From Desulfobacterales bacterium (GTDB lineage Bacteria; Desulfobacterota; Desulfobacteria; Desulfobacterales; UBA5616), in assembly GCA_046483495.1 (NCBI GenBank), contig JAWODC010000009.1, positions 1-64,000 of the forward strand: a DNA stretch of 64,000 nt, written 5' to 3'. Below the pieces are notes generated by a model. The model made no database searches. It had not been told where the DNA came from and saw only the letters and a list, made by a program, of their open reading frames with translations. The translations under genes were made by a program, and so were the position numbers. Of this stretch, positions 38,809 through 48,519 are shown in pieces. The first letter of the stretch is position 1; each line of letters begins with the position of its first letter.

Positions 38809-39348
38809 ATGAGCATCCCATCCCCCCCCGTGCCTGCCAAGCTGGTAATCGGCATTCTGCTGCAAGAGCAGTCCCCGGCGGCAGCGGTCATTGCCGCTAT
38901 GGAGGCTGAATTCGGCTCCCTGGATATCGTCAGCCGGTGGTTTGCCTTTGATTACACCCGATATTACGATGAGGAAATGGGGAGCGGGCTTAAGAGACGA
39001 ATGATGTCGTTCGAGCGGTTAATCCAACAGGACGATTTGCCGGACATCAAGCGGTTTACGAATGATATTGAAAATCGTTATGCGATAAGCGGTGCACGGC
39101 GGGTCAATATCGATCCCGGATACCTGGTGCCGGAGCGCTTCGTTCTGGCGACCGGAAAGAATTTTACGCACCGGGTATATTTGGCAAAGGGCATTTATGC
39201 GGATTTGACCTTGATTTTTTCAAAAGGCCGATTTCAGACGCTGCCCTGGACCTACCCGGATTATGCGGACGGGGATATTCAGCGGTTCTTGATGAAGGTT
39301 CGGGAAAAGTATAAGGTGGATGTCAAAAGGGCGGGTTATGGGGTATAG
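38809..39348 (+). CDS. DUF4416 family protein
   Basis: T.YY..EMG, R.VNIDPGY, LAT.K.F.HR.Y and WTYPDY. Confidence 0.85.
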   Translation: MSIPSPPVPAKLVIGILLQEQSPAAAVIAAMEAEFGSLDIVSRWFAFDYTRYYDEEMGSGLKRRMMSFERLIQQDDLPDIKRFTNDIENRYAISGARRVNIDPGYLVPERFVLATGKNFTHRVYLAKGIYADLTLIFSKGRFQTLPWTYPDYADGDIQRFLMKVREKYKVDVKRAGYGV

Positions 39349-39415
39349 GCGATAGGCTATGGGTGATGGGTGAGGGGTTATGGGTGATGGGTGATGGGCG
39401 ATGGACTATGGGTGA
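39333..39415. repeat. About 12 tandem G-rich heptamers overlapping the DUF4416 stop
   Basis: gggttat ggggtat aggcgat aggctat gggtgat and further units. Confidence 0.95.
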
Positions 39416-39728
39416 GGATCGGTTCTGATTTAAGAAAAGCATTCGGTGTCGGGATCGAAATCGGTATCGGTATCGGTATCGAAATTTGAAAAAGAAAAAA
39501 ACCGATCCCGATCCCGATTTCGATTTTGATGAGAAGAGAGTGTAGAAGGTAAAATCTACGGAGAAGCCGGTTATTTTTGACCAAGCAACAAACCGTGAGC
39601 AAAGCGAACGGCAATTTTATTTACTTGTTGAAAATTAAGTTATTACGATCAATGGACTGGCGGCGCAACAACTCTCCTTCACCCCTGGAGGGGGAAGGCC
39701 GGGATGGGGGGGAATAAAGACCCGATCC
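39416..39728 (+). mobile_element. MITE-like element B, complete copy (313 bp)
   Basis: Termini GGATCGGTTCT...AGACCCGATCC; contains all sub-modules; flanked by GGGTGAT arrays on the left and CCCATAA arrays on the right. Confidence 0.7.
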
Positions 39729-39770
39729 ACACCCATAACCCATAACCCAAAACCCAAAACAAGGAAAACC

Positions 39771-40655
39771 ATGATCAAAAGCATGACAGGATACGCCGTG
39801 TCCGATGTGGAGAGGGACGGGATTTCGGTGAGCATCGAAATCCGGTCATACAACAGCCGGCATTTGGATCCGGTGGTGCGCCTGCCGTATGGATACACGG
39901 TCCTGGAACAGCACATCAAGGCAATCGTTCCGGAACATATCACCCGGGGGCGGGTTGAGATCGCCGTTCGAATTAAGGATGAATCGGAGGAGGCGTTCCG
40001 GTTCGACGTGAATGGGGTAAAAGCGAAGGCGTATTACAAGGCGCTTTGTGCGTTGAATGAAGAGCTTGGAATGGATGAACGGCCGAGCCTTGATATGGTC
40101 TTAAAGGCAGGGGACATCCTGGTGCCCGCGGAGGTAGGTGACCTCATCATGGAAAAAACCTGGCCCGCCGTTGAAGTGTGTTTACGTGATGCCTTCGAAA
40201 AACATAACCACGCCCGCGAAAAAGAAGGTGAATTTATGTATCGTGATTTCGACGGTCGGCTGGCGGTTCTCACAGATGTTATCGATCGAATCGAAGAGTC
40301 GACAGGCGGTCTTTTGACAGCGTACCAGGAGCGCCTTAAAAATAGAATCGCAGCGCTGACCGGGGGAATGGTAGAGATCGATCCGGCAAGGATAAGCCAG
40401 GAGGCCGCCTTTCTTGCCGATAAAAGTGATATATCGGAAGAAATCACCCGGGCGAAAAGCCACGTGAACCAATTTAAGTCATTGATGGATTCCGATGAAC
40501 CGGCAGGGCGGAATCTGAATTTTTTATTGCAGGAGGTCAATCGCGAATTCAATACGATGGGGTCGAAAGCGCAGAGTGCGGATATTGCGCACATGGTTGT
40601 CGTCGTCAAAACAGAGCTGGAGAAAATCAGGGAGCAGGTTCAGAATATCGAATAA
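39771..40655 (+). CDS. yicC: YicC/YloC family endoribonuclease
   Basis: SMTGY, DISEEI.R, GR.L.FL.QE.NRE.NT.GSK and EKIREQVQNIE. Confidence 0.95.
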   Translation: MIKSMTGYAVSDVERDGISVSIEIRSYNSRHLDPVVRLPYGYTVLEQHIKAIVPEHITRGRVEIAVRIKDESEEAFRFDVNGVKAKAYYKALCALNEELGMDERPSLDMVLKAGDILVPAEVGDLIMEKTWPAVEVCLRDAFEKHNHAREKEGEFMYRDFDGRLAVLTDVIDRIEESTGGLLTAYQERLKNRIAALTGGMVEIDPARISQEAAFLADKSDISEEITRAKSHVNQFKSLMDSDEPAGRNLNFLLQEVNREFNTMGSKAQSADIAHMVVVVKTELEKIREQVQNIE

Positions 40656-40736
40656 TCGGGGCCGCCTGATCGATTTATAAGGTCCGGATAAGGACAGTTG
40701 CAATTCAAACGAAATCGAAGCCGGAGAGGACACTGT

Positions 40737-41003
40737 ATGGAAAAGCATTTGTTGAATATCGGATTCGGCAGCACAGTCGTCGCGGGGCGGGTGCTTGCTA
40801 TCGTGGCCCCTAATTCCGCGCCCATGAAGCGCATGAAGGATGAGGCGAAAAGTGAAAGGCGTCTGATCGACGCTACGCACGGCCGGAGGACGCGTGCCAT
40901 TATCGTATTGGACAGCAACCATGTGGTGCTGTCCGCCATACAGGCGGAGACCCTCTCCCAGCGATATATCGAACTGATCAGATCCATGGAGAACGCCCGA
41001 TGA
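40737..41003 (+). CDS. remA: DUF370/RemA family regulator
   Basis: LNIGFG, SAP.KR, IDAT.GRRTRA and LSA.Q.ET. Start trimmed to MEKH. Confidence 0.9.
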   Translation: MEKHLLNIGFGSTVVAGRVLAIVAPNSAPMKRMKDEAKSERRLIDATHGRRTRAIIVLDSNHVVLSAIQAETLSQRYIELIRSMENAR

Positions 41004-41623
41004 CGGGAAAAACACCGGGGCCGGAAATTGACCGCAGCCGGCCGGGCGGTTCGCCGCAAGGCCGGCTTTTCGTTATTTCTGCGCCTTCCGGGGCCGGAAA
41101 AACCACGCTTTGCCGGGTTCTGCTGGAACATTTTCCGGATATGGTGTATTCGGTTTCCGCCACCACGCGAAAGCCCCGGAAGGAGGAAACGCATGGTGTG
41201 GACTATTTTTTCATCAGCCGGGAGGAATTCGAGGAAAAGATCCGACAGCAAAAATGGGCGGAATGGGCGCGTGTCCATGATCATTATTACGGCACATCGG
41301 TTGAATGTATCGAAAGGCACATTGCACAGGGGGAAAACGTCCTCTTGGATATCGATGTCCAGGGAACGAGGCAGATTCTGCGCCGATATCCGGACAGCAT
41401 CACCATTTTTATATTGCCTCCCAGCATTGAGGCGTTGCGGGAGCGGATGGTCAAGCGGGGAACGGATGATTTCGAGGTCATCGAGAAGCGGATGCAGAGC
41501 GCGAAAGAAGAAATGGCTCAGAAGGATATGTACCGGCATGTAATCGTCAACGACACGTTGGAGGATGCCGCCGCTGAATTGATTTCGCTGGTAAAATCCT
41601 ATTTGGTGCCCATGCGGAAATGA
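41000..41623 (+). CDS. gmk: Guanylate kinase
   Basis: [26 protein letters not shown] and DVQG. Confidence 0.97.
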   Translation: MTGKTPGPEIDRSRPGGSPQGRLFVISAPSGAGKTTLCRVLLEHFPDMVYSVSATTRKPRKEETHGVDYFFISREEFEEKIRQQKWAEWARVHDHYYGTSVECIERHIAQGENVLLDIDVQGTRQILRRYPDSITIFILPPSIEALRERMVKRGTDDFEVIEKRMQSAKEEMAQKDMYRHVIVNDTLEDAAAELISLVKSYLVPMRK

Positions 41624-41805
41624 GAAAATTCGATTCCGTTCAAGGCGGCCGGAAAATGATAACCGCAGGAAACTCGACGTACTCAGAGAATGCAGACTTT
41701 CGCCGGCGGCAGAAACGGAGTGATCAGCCGTTTCGGAATGGGCGCTGGTTGAACCAAAACGGTTACGATGGTGATCCACCGATGGTAAAGAAAGCAGACT
41801 GGTAA

Positions 41806-42555
41806 ATGGTCGGCAAAGAAGACATACTATTCGGCATTCATCCGGTGTCCGAAGTTCTCCGGGCGGGCAGACGGATGGTCTACGAAATATATGTCGCATC
41901 CGAGAAAGCGTCGAAGCGGATCGATCGCATGACTGCATCCGCCGCAGAAATGAAAAAGCCGGTGACGCGGGTGAGTACGGGCAAACTGACGGCGCTGACC
42001 GGCACTCCGGGCCACCAGGGTGCAGCGGCGCGAGTAGGAGCTTATCCCTATGCGGATCTCGATGCCGTGATCGAGTCCGATGCAAGAACTGTCCCACTGG
42101 TGCTTTTGCTGGATCATATTATGGATCCCCAAAACCTGGGTGCGATCATCCGGACGGCGCTCTGCGCCGGCGTCAACGGCATCATCATCCCCAAGGACCG
42201 GTCCGCCGGCGCCACGCCGGCCGTCAGCAAGGCCTCGGCAGGGGCCCTGGAGCATATCCGGCTGTGCCGAATGGTCAACATGGTAAACACCATGAAAACT
42301 CTGAAGGCGGCGGGTTTTTGGATGATGGGGTTGGACCGGGAAGGAAAGGATCAGATATACGCCGTCGGACTGACCGGCCGGACCGGAATCGTCATCGGCG
42401 GTGAAGACACGGGAATCCGCCCGTTGGTGAAGAAACACTGCGACGTGCTGATGGCGATTCCTCAGCAGACGGCATTCAATTCCTTGAATGCCTCCGCCGC
42501 GGCCGCCGTTGTCCTTTATGAGGCTTATCGGCAGCGTATCACTCATAACCCCTAA
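41806..42555 (+). CDS. rlmB: 23S rRNA (G2251-2'-O)-methyltransferase
   Basis: HQG, DPQNLGAI.R, KASAGA, GGE..G and SLNAS.A. Confidence 0.93.
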   Translation: MVGKEDILFGIHPVSEVLRAGRRMVYEIYVASEKASKRIDRMTASAAEMKKPVTRVSTGKLTALTGTPGHQGAAARVGAYPYADLDAVIESDARTVPLVLLLDHIMDPQNLGAIIRTALCAGVNGIIIPKDRSAGATPAVSKASAGALEHIRLCRMVNMVNTMKTLKAAGFWMMGLDREGKDQIYAVGLTGRTGIVIGGEDTGIRPLVKKHCDVLMAIPQQTAFNSLNASAAAAVVLYEAYRQRITHNP

Positions 42556-42572
42556 CCCCTAACTCATAACCT
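42543..42572. repeat. Four C-rich heptamers spanning the rlmB stop
   Basis: tcataac ccctaac ccctaac tcataac. Confidence 0.85.
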
Positions 42573-42581
42573 TTTACTAAT

Positions 42582-43805
42582 ATGAAAATAACAATCTCAA
42601 ACGACCAAAAATTGCACGTCCCGGATCATCCGATGATCCCCTACATCGAGGGCGACGGAACCGGACCGGACATATGGCGTGCCGCGAAAAAGGTGATCGA
42701 TGCCGCGGTTGACGCGGCGTTCGGCGGCACCAGGGCCATTGATTGGCTGGAGGTCTATGCCGGGGAAAAAGCGTTTGCAAAGACGGGCGAATGGCTGCCC
42801 CGAAAAAGCCTGGATACCATGCACGAATACGTCGTGTCCATCAAGGGGCCGCTGACCACGCCCGTGGGGCAGGGCATCAGGAGCTTGAACGTGGCCATAC
42901 GGCAGGCGCTGGACCTCTATGCCTGCGTGCGTCCCGTCGCCTACATCGATGCCGTTCCATCCCCGATGAAGCATCCCGAAACGGTGAACATGGTGATTTT
43001 CCGTGAAAACACAGAGGATGTATATGCCGGCATCGAATATGAAAGCGGCAGCCCGGAAGCGGCTTCCGTAATTTCATTCTTGAGGGACCAGATGGGCGCG
43101 GATCTGCCCAATGACGCGGGCATCGGCATCAAGCCCATCAGCGAGAAAAATACAAAGCGCTTGGCGGCAAAGGCGATTGCCTACGCGATCGAGCACCGGC
43201 TGCCCTCGGTTACGCTGATGCACAAGGGAAACATCATGAAATTCACCGAAGGGGCGTTTGCCCGGTGGGGGTATGATGTGGCGCGTGAAAAATTTTCCGA
43301 TCGGACCATTTTCGAATCGGAACTCGGAGCCGGACCCGTTCCGGAAGGCAAGGTCGTCATCAAGGACCGCATTGCCGACATGCTGTTCCAGCAGGTTTTG
43401 TTGAGGCCCGAGGAATACCACGTCATTGCCACCCCGAACCTGAACGGGGATTACCTTTCCGATGCACTCGCCGCACAAGTGGGGGGATTGGGTATGGCAC
43501 CCGGAGGCAATATCGGAGACGGCACGGCCGTATTCGAGGCCACCCATGGGACGGCCCCCAAATACGCGGGCCTGGACAAGGTCAATCCGGGGTCGCTGAT
43601 TTTGTCCGGGGCCATGATGCTGGATTATATCGGCTGGCCGGAGGCCTCCGCCCGCATTCGGCAGGCCCTTCGGGACACCATTCGGGCGGGCAGGGTTACC
43701 TATGACCTCGCCCGGCAGATGCAGGGGGCTGAAACCTTGAAGTGCTCTGAATTCGCCGAATCGATCGTGGACGGGATTACCTCTCTTTCAGATGATGGGC
43801 ATTAA
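42582..43805 (+). CDS. icd: Isocitrate dehydrogenase (NADP)
   Basis: [46 protein letters not shown] and HGTAPKYAG. Confidence 0.97.
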   Translation: MKITISNDQKLHVPDHPMIPYIEGDGTGPDIWRAAKKVIDAAVDAAFGGTRAIDWLEVYAGEKAFAKTGEWLPRKSLDTMHEYVVSIKGPLTTPVGQGIRSLNVAIRQALDLYACVRPVAYIDAVPSPMKHPETVNMVIFRENTEDVYAGIEYESGSPEAASVISFLRDQMGADLPNDAGIGIKPISEKNTKRLAAKAIAYAIEHRLPSVTLMHKGNIMKFTEGAFARWGYDVAREKFSDRTIFESELGAGPVPEGKVVIKDRIADMLFQQVLLRPEEYHVIATPNLNGDYLSDALAAQVGGLGMAPGGNIGDGTAVFEATHGTAPKYAGLDKVNPGSLILSGAMMLDYIGWPEASARIRQALRDTIRAGRVTYDLARQMQGAETLKCSEFAESIVDGITSLSDDGH

Positions 43806-44634
43806 AACGTTTGCCGCATTATCTGCACAAGCGGCGGTGGAGGCGCTTTTTCCTTTAAAGTGCCTGGTTTGCGGATCGTTGTACCATCGGGATGCCGGCA
43901 GCGCGCATGCCGCGGCGGAATCTGCAAAAACGGATGAAACGGTGCGTCGAAAAGCCCTTTTTTGCCAGCTGATGGCTCCTTATGTCTGTCCGGCCTGCAT
44001 GCTGGATTTTACGCCGATATCGGCTCCCCTGTGCCCGAAATGCGGAGTGATGTTCGAGACGCGCTCCGGGGAAAATCATCTTTGCGGCGAGTGCTTGAAA
44101 ACCGAGCGGGTATACGGAATTGCACGTTCCCTCGGCGAATATGAATCCGTTTTAATGGCGGCGATCCACTGCCTGAAATACAGGGCGAAAGCACGCCTTG
44201 CCGGTCCGCTGGGCAAGCTGCTGTTTATGGTTTTGGTGACCTGTTGGGACGTGGGTGACATCGACGTGGTTGTTCCGGTTCCGCTTCATGCCCGAAAAAT
44301 GAGGAAGCGCGGATTCAATCAATCGGCCCTGCTGGTGAGGAATTGGCCTGAATGGGCCGCCGGCCTGGCCGGATGCCGTACGTTGTCGGTCGACACCCGA
44401 TCGGTGATCCGGCAGCGGCAGACGATATCGCAGACAGGACTGTCAAAAAGAGATCGCATGGAAAACGTCAAGCACGCCTTTTATGTCAATACGCCCGCCG
44501 GCGTTGGGGACAAACGGGTATTGCTGGTTGACGACGTGTACACCACCGGTGCGACCGTCAGCGAGTGCGCCAAGGTGCTGAAAAAAGCCGGGGCCGTGAA
44601 TGTGGATGTGTTGACTTTGGCGAGAACGGGGTGA
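43792..44634 (+). CDS. ComF family protein (double zinc ribbon plus PRT domain)
   Basis: Four CxxC pairs, VPVPLH..RGFNQS and [12 protein letters not shown]. Confidence 0.92.
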   Translation: MMGIKTFAALSAQAAVEALFPLKCLVCGSLYHRDAGSAHAAAESAKTDETVRRKALFCQLMAPYVCPACMLDFTPISAPLCPKCGVMFETRSGENHLCGECLKTERVYGIARSLGEYESVLMAAIHCLKYRAKARLAGPLGKLLFMVLVTCWDVGDIDVVVPVPLHARKMRKRGFNQSALLVRNWPEWAAGLAGCRTLSVDTRSVIRQRQTISQTGLSKRDRMENVKHAFYVNTPAGVGDKRVLLVDDVYTTGATVSECAKVLKKAGAVNVDVLTLARTG

Positions 44635-45437
44635 AAAAAACGGCAACCATGATGATTCGATATTCAGACACCGGCGTTCCCTATTACCAATTTTCTCATT
44701 TCAGCCAAATCGATTTTCTCCGCCACGGCATTTTCACCCGCCACGGCGGGGTCAGCCCCGTCCCGTTCGACAGTCTCAACATCGCCCGAAGCGTCGGCGA
44801 TAAACCTGACCATGTCAACCGAAATCGGCGCATCATTTCTGACGCCATGGGCGTTTCGGAAATGACGTTCATTCACCAGGTTCACGGAACGGATGTGCGG
44901 GTGCTTGCCCACGAGGGATTCGCCGGATCGGGTTTGCAAGCCGGTACGACAACGGGCGATGCCATGGTCACGGATACACCCGGCAAAAACCTGGTGATTC
45001 AGGTGGCCGACTGCCAGGCGGTAATGATGGTGGACCCGGTTTTGCGGGTGATTGCCAACGTCCATGCCGGCTGGCGGGGCGTTGTTCTCGATATCATCGG
45101 GAAAACCGTTGCCGTGATGAAAGATCGCTTCGGGTGCCGGCCCGATCGAATGCTGGCCGGAACAGGCCCTTCACTGGGGCCTTGCTGCGCGGAGTTCATC
45201 CATTATCGACGGGAGATTCCAAAAACGTTTTGGCGCTACATGAATCATGAGGTATACGTCGATTTATGGGCGATCAGCCGCGACCAGATCATCAGCGCCG
45301 GGGTGCCGGAAGATAACATCGAATCGAGCGGCATATGCACCCGGTGCAGGTCGGATGATTTTTTTTCGTACCGCAAGCATAAGACCACCGGTAGGTTTGC
45401 GGCTGTTATCGGGATAGGGGATGATGGTAATGGGTGA
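44631..45437 (+). CDS. pgeF: Peptidoglycan editing factor / YfiH family
   Basis: TR.GGVS, QVHG, ADC, HAGWRG, GPS.GPCC and FFSYR. Start at the GTGA overlap. Confidence 0.92.
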   Translation: MKKTATMMIRYSDTGVPYYQFSHFSQIDFLRHGIFTRHGGVSPVPFDSLNIARSVGDKPDHVNRNRRIISDAMGVSEMTFIHQVHGTDVRVLAHEGFAGSGLQAGTTTGDAMVTDTPGKNLVIQVADCQAVMMVDPVLRVIANVHAGWRGVVLDIIGKTVAVMKDRFGCRPDRMLAGTGPSLGPCCAEFIHYRREIPKTFWRYMNHEVYVDLWAISRDQIISAGVPEDNIESSGICTRCRSDDFFSYRKHKTTGRFAAVIGIGDDGNG

Positions 45438-45542
45438 GGGGTGATGGATCAGGGTTGATGGGCGAATCGTGAATCGTGCAAGGGGGCGTTTGGATCGCGG
45501 CCCTTAGCTTTAAGCTGAAGGCTCAGAGCTCCAATTCAAAGA

Positions 45543-45966
45543 GGATCGGGTCTTAATCCCCCCCATCCCGGCCTTCCCCCTCCAGTGGGGAAGGGGCCAT
45601 GTAGCGACAGATGACCATTTATCCAATGTACGTTTTTTTATCAGTCCGTTCAGGCGACTGCTTCGCGCCGCTTGTAAATAAGAAGGTGGTTTGTTTAAAC
45701 GATAAATTCACAGGAGGTGATTTATTGTTGTTTAAAAAAACATATTTCAAGATGCTCTGATGAAAAAAACAAATTGAATAGAAAAACACCTTTCACAACC
45801 TTGAGAGATATGACCATGACCAAAAAACAAACCGTGAGCAAAGCGAACGGCACTTTTATTTACTTATTGAAAAATAAGGCATTACGATCAGTGGACTTGC
45901 GGTGCAACATGTCCCCTTCACCCCTGGAGGGGGAAGGCCGGGATGGGGGGGATAAAGATCCGATCC
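45543..45966. mobile_element. 424-bp MITE-like element with about 60-bp terminal inverted repeats (element B family)
   Basis: 45543-45602 is the near-exact reverse complement of 45907-45966. G-rich heptamers lie upstream (about 45411-45480) and CCCATAA arrays downstream (45970-46013). Confidence 0.72.
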
Positions 45967-46029
45967 ACACCCATAACCCATAACCCATAGCCCTAAGTCC
46001 ATAACCCATCACCTTTTTAAGGAAACCAA

Positions 46030-46827
46030 ATGGAATTCCAAAAACTCCGGATCATAAGCACAACCCGCATCGGCAGCCAATATGTCAAACTGACGCTGGC
46101 GTGCGGTGCAGCTTACGCGGAGGCCGCACCCGGCCGGTTTGTAATGGTGAGGATACCGGGGAATATCGATCCCCTGTTGAGTCGGCCGTTTTCCATACAT
46201 GATATCCATGTCTCCGAATCAGGACCGTGCGCGTTGGACATACTTTTTAAAATTATCGGAAAAGGCACTGAAAAACTCGCACGGCTGAAGACAGGTGACC
46301 GCTTGGAGGTGTTGGGACCGCTGGGAAAAGGATTTACGATACCGGATTCCGCTTCAACCGTTTATGCCGCCGCCGGAGGCATCGGCATAGCCCCGATACC
46401 ATTTTTGGTGAAGCACCTGTCAACATCCGGAATTTCTAAAAACGGTATTGTAGTATTTGCCGGTGCAGGAACAAAAGAGGATATCCTGTGCCTCGAGACG
46501 CTGTCCCAAATGGCATCTCATGTCCACGTGACGACGGATGACGGCAGTTTTGGAGAAAAGGGGCTGGTGACCGGCAGACTCGAAAAGGCTGTGAAAACCC
46601 AACCTCCGGATATGGTTTATGCCTGCGGCCCTTTGGACATGCTGAAAACCGTGGCACGGATCGCATCGAAATACCGGGTAAACGGTCAGATTTCCCTGGA
46701 GGCCATGATGGCCTGCGGTCTAGGGGCGTGCCTGGGCTGTGCCGTAAAAAACAGCAAACATCCGGATAGCTATGCCCGCGTCTGCGTGGACGGGCCGGTT
46801 TTCGATTTGAGCGATTTTGGGTTCTGA
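46030..46827 (+). CDS. pyrK: Dihydroorotate dehydrogenase electron transfer subunit
   Basis: L.RPFSI, GPLG.GF, GGIGIAP, TDDGS.G, ACGP, MACG.GAC.GC and RVC.DGPVF. Confidence 0.88.
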   Translation: MEFQKLRIISTTRIGSQYVKLTLACGAAYAEAAPGRFVMVRIPGNIDPLLSRPFSIHDIHVSESGPCALDILFKIIGKGTEKLARLKTGDRLEVLGPLGKGFTIPDSASTVYAAAGGIGIAPIPFLVKHLSTSGISKNGIVVFAGAGTKEDILCLETLSQMASHVHVTTDDGSFGEKGLVTGRLEKAVKTQPPDMVYACGPLDMLKTVARIASKYRVNGQISLEAMMACGLGACLGCAVKNSKHPDSYARVCVDGPVFDLSDFGF

Positions 46828-46942
46828 GGTTCGTTAGTATCGTTTAGATCGTTCAGATCGTTGAGATCGTTTTGAACGCTCCTAAAGCTCCTAACCATCC
46901 TAACGATCCTAACGATCCAAACGATCTCAACAATCCAAACGA
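46828..46942. repeat. Nonamer hairpin element
   Basis: About five (NNNATCGTT)-type units, then about five (AACGATCCN)-type units, starting at the pyrK stop. Confidence 0.92.
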
Positions 46943-46949
46943 ATATCGA

Positions 46950-46978
46950 TTGACTCGCCAAAATTCCTGTGTTAGGGT
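46950..46978 (+). promoter_or_regulatory. Putative sigma70 promoter of the atp Fo genes
   Basis: TTGACT-17 bp-TAGGGT with a TG extension. Confidence 0.55.
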
Positions 46979-47063
46979 CCTTCCTTCTTTGTGACCGGCG
47001 ATGTGTCCGGCGCGTATGGAAAAAGAACAGGACACGCTGTTTTCGTTCGCGGAGTTCTTTGCC

Positions 47064-47291
47064 ATGAAAGCTTCCAAGCGGGAAAGCCGCCGTTGGATCA
47101 GGGAATTGACATACTACAGCACGGTGGGCTTGTCGTTGGCCCTTTCCATATTCATCGGTCTGGGCATCGGCATTTATATGGATCGAAGATTCGATACAAC
47201 GCCCTGGTTCACACTGATCGGCCTCGGGCTTGGCATCATTGCCGGATTCCGCAACATCGCCATGGCAATAAAAAAGATACGGAAATTTTAA
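47064..47291 (+). CDS. AtpZ/AtpI family protein
   Basis: Two TM helices with a G.G..MD..F.T.PW motif; GGAG RBS. Confidence 0.88.
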   Translation: MKASKRESRRWIRELTYYSTVGLSLALSIFIGLGIGIYMDRRFDTTPWFTLIGLGLGIIAGFRNIAMAIKKIRKF

Positions 47292-47295
47292 GACG

Positions 47296-47682
47296 GTGGA
47301 AATTCAACAACGTTTGCTGATATTCGTGACCCGCGCCAATTGGGTGCTGCTCATGGTGACCAGCACCGCGGCAGGGCTGATTGCGTCGCCCAAATTCGCC
47401 ATGGGCACGCTTTTCGGCGGGTTGATCGTTACCATCAATTTTCACCTGCTCTACCGAACCTTGAAAAAAGCGTTTGCACCGCCGCGTTTATCTTCGCATA
47501 ACGTAGTGCTGGCAAAGTATTATGCGCGGTTCACCCTAAGCGGCGTTATTATATTTTTGTTGATATCGAATCAGATTGTCAGTCCCGTCGGACTTTTCGT
47601 GGGGCTTTCGGTTGTGGTGGCAAGCATCACGTTGGCGGCGATTGTCGAGCTTACAAAATTAATATTCAAGGAGGCAGTGTAA
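47296..47682 (+). CDS. atpI: ATP synthase subunit I
   Basis: Four-TM protein immediately before atpB. Confidence 0.82.
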   Translation: MEIQQRLLIFVTRANWVLLMVTSTAAGLIASPKFAMGTLFGGLIVTINFHLLYRTLKKAFAPPRLSSHNVVLAKYYARFTLSGVIIFLLISNQIVSPVGLFVGLSVVVASITLAAIVELTKLIFKEAV

Positions 47683-47684
47683 GG

Positions 47685-48374
47685 ATGGAGCATCCGTATC
47701 TATTTTTTACGAAACTGTTCGAGATTATCGGCCTGGGGCATTTTGCCCATGCATATCCCCACGTCATTTACTCCTGGGTGGTCATGGCCCTGTTAATCGG
47801 TCTTGGAGTTGTCGCGACCAAAAGCATTCAGATGATTCCCGGAAAAGCGCAGAACGTTTTTGAAATCATTGTCAAGGGCATCGAAGATTTCATGATCGAC
47901 AACACCGGAGAGGAAGGCCGGTGGTTTTTCCCGATCGTCGCCACCATCTTTATCTATATTTTTACCAGCAATCTCATCGGGCTGGTCCCGGGTTTTTTCC
48001 CGCCGACCGCCAGCATCAATACGCCGCTTTCCTGTGCCCTGGTGGTGTTCGTGCTGACCCATTACATCGGCGTCAAATACCACGGCGTAAAATACATCAA
48101 ACACTTTCTGGGTCCGGTCTGGTGGATGATTCCCATCATTTTACCCATTGAAATTATCGGTCACCTTGCCCGGGTCCTGTCGCTGACGTTCCGGCTTTTC
48201 GGAAACATGATGGGCCACGAACTGGTATTAGCGATTCTTTTCGCGCTGGCCGGTGCGTTTTTGGCGCCGTTGCCTATTATGGCACTGGGCATTTTCATTG
48301 CCCTGGTCCAGGCGTTTGTGTTCTTTTTGCTTTCCATCATGTACTTCAGCGGTTCCATGGAGCATGCGCATTAG
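47685..48374 (+). CDS. atpB: ATP synthase Fo subunit a
   Basis: NLIGL.PG, PPTA.IN, SL.FRLFGNM and QAFVF.LL. Confidence 0.97.
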   Translation: MEHPYLFFTKLFEIIGLGHFAHAYPHVIYSWVVMALLIGLGVVATKSIQMIPGKAQNVFEIIVKGIEDFMIDNTGEEGRWFFPIVATIFIYIFTSNLIGLVPGFFPPTASINTPLSCALVVFVLTHYIGVKYHGVKYIKHFLGPVWWMIPIILPIEIIGHLARVLSLTFRLFGNMMGHELVLAILFALAGAFLAPLPIMALGIFIALVQAFVFFLLSIMYFSGSMEHAH

Positions 48375-48519
48375 AAACCATCGGGTTCGAGCCGACGCCG
48401 TGAAACGGGTGGGAATGGTAATTCCCGAAACATCGGAAGCCGGTTCGCCCGCACATTAATTTGTTGTCGGTAATGGAAGAAGCCGAATATTAATCTATTT
48501 AAAAGGAGGAATTTTCAGC

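Noticed and set aside
26019..38829. Homopolymers of 8-9 nt inside CDSs (T8 26019, T9 29763, A9 35428, C8 38822) as phase-variation switches
   Set aside because: The tracts are short, the frames are intact, and A/T runs are common in this sequence.
39378..39614. 78-aa ORF with IGIGIG/IPIPIP
   Set aside because: It is a translation of the hexamer module of element B.
40640..42097. 485-aa minus-strand ORF
   Set aside because: It is antisense to the well-supported remA-gmk-rlmB genes and has no recognisable domain.
157..46942. Tandem arrays as CRISPR
   Set aside because: Units are 6-9 bp with no unique spacers, and no cas genes are present.
45717..46961. ORFs 45717-45983 and 46770-46961 (SPSPLEGEGRDGG, NDLNDLND)
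   Set aside because: They are translations of repeat DNA and show no transposase similarity.
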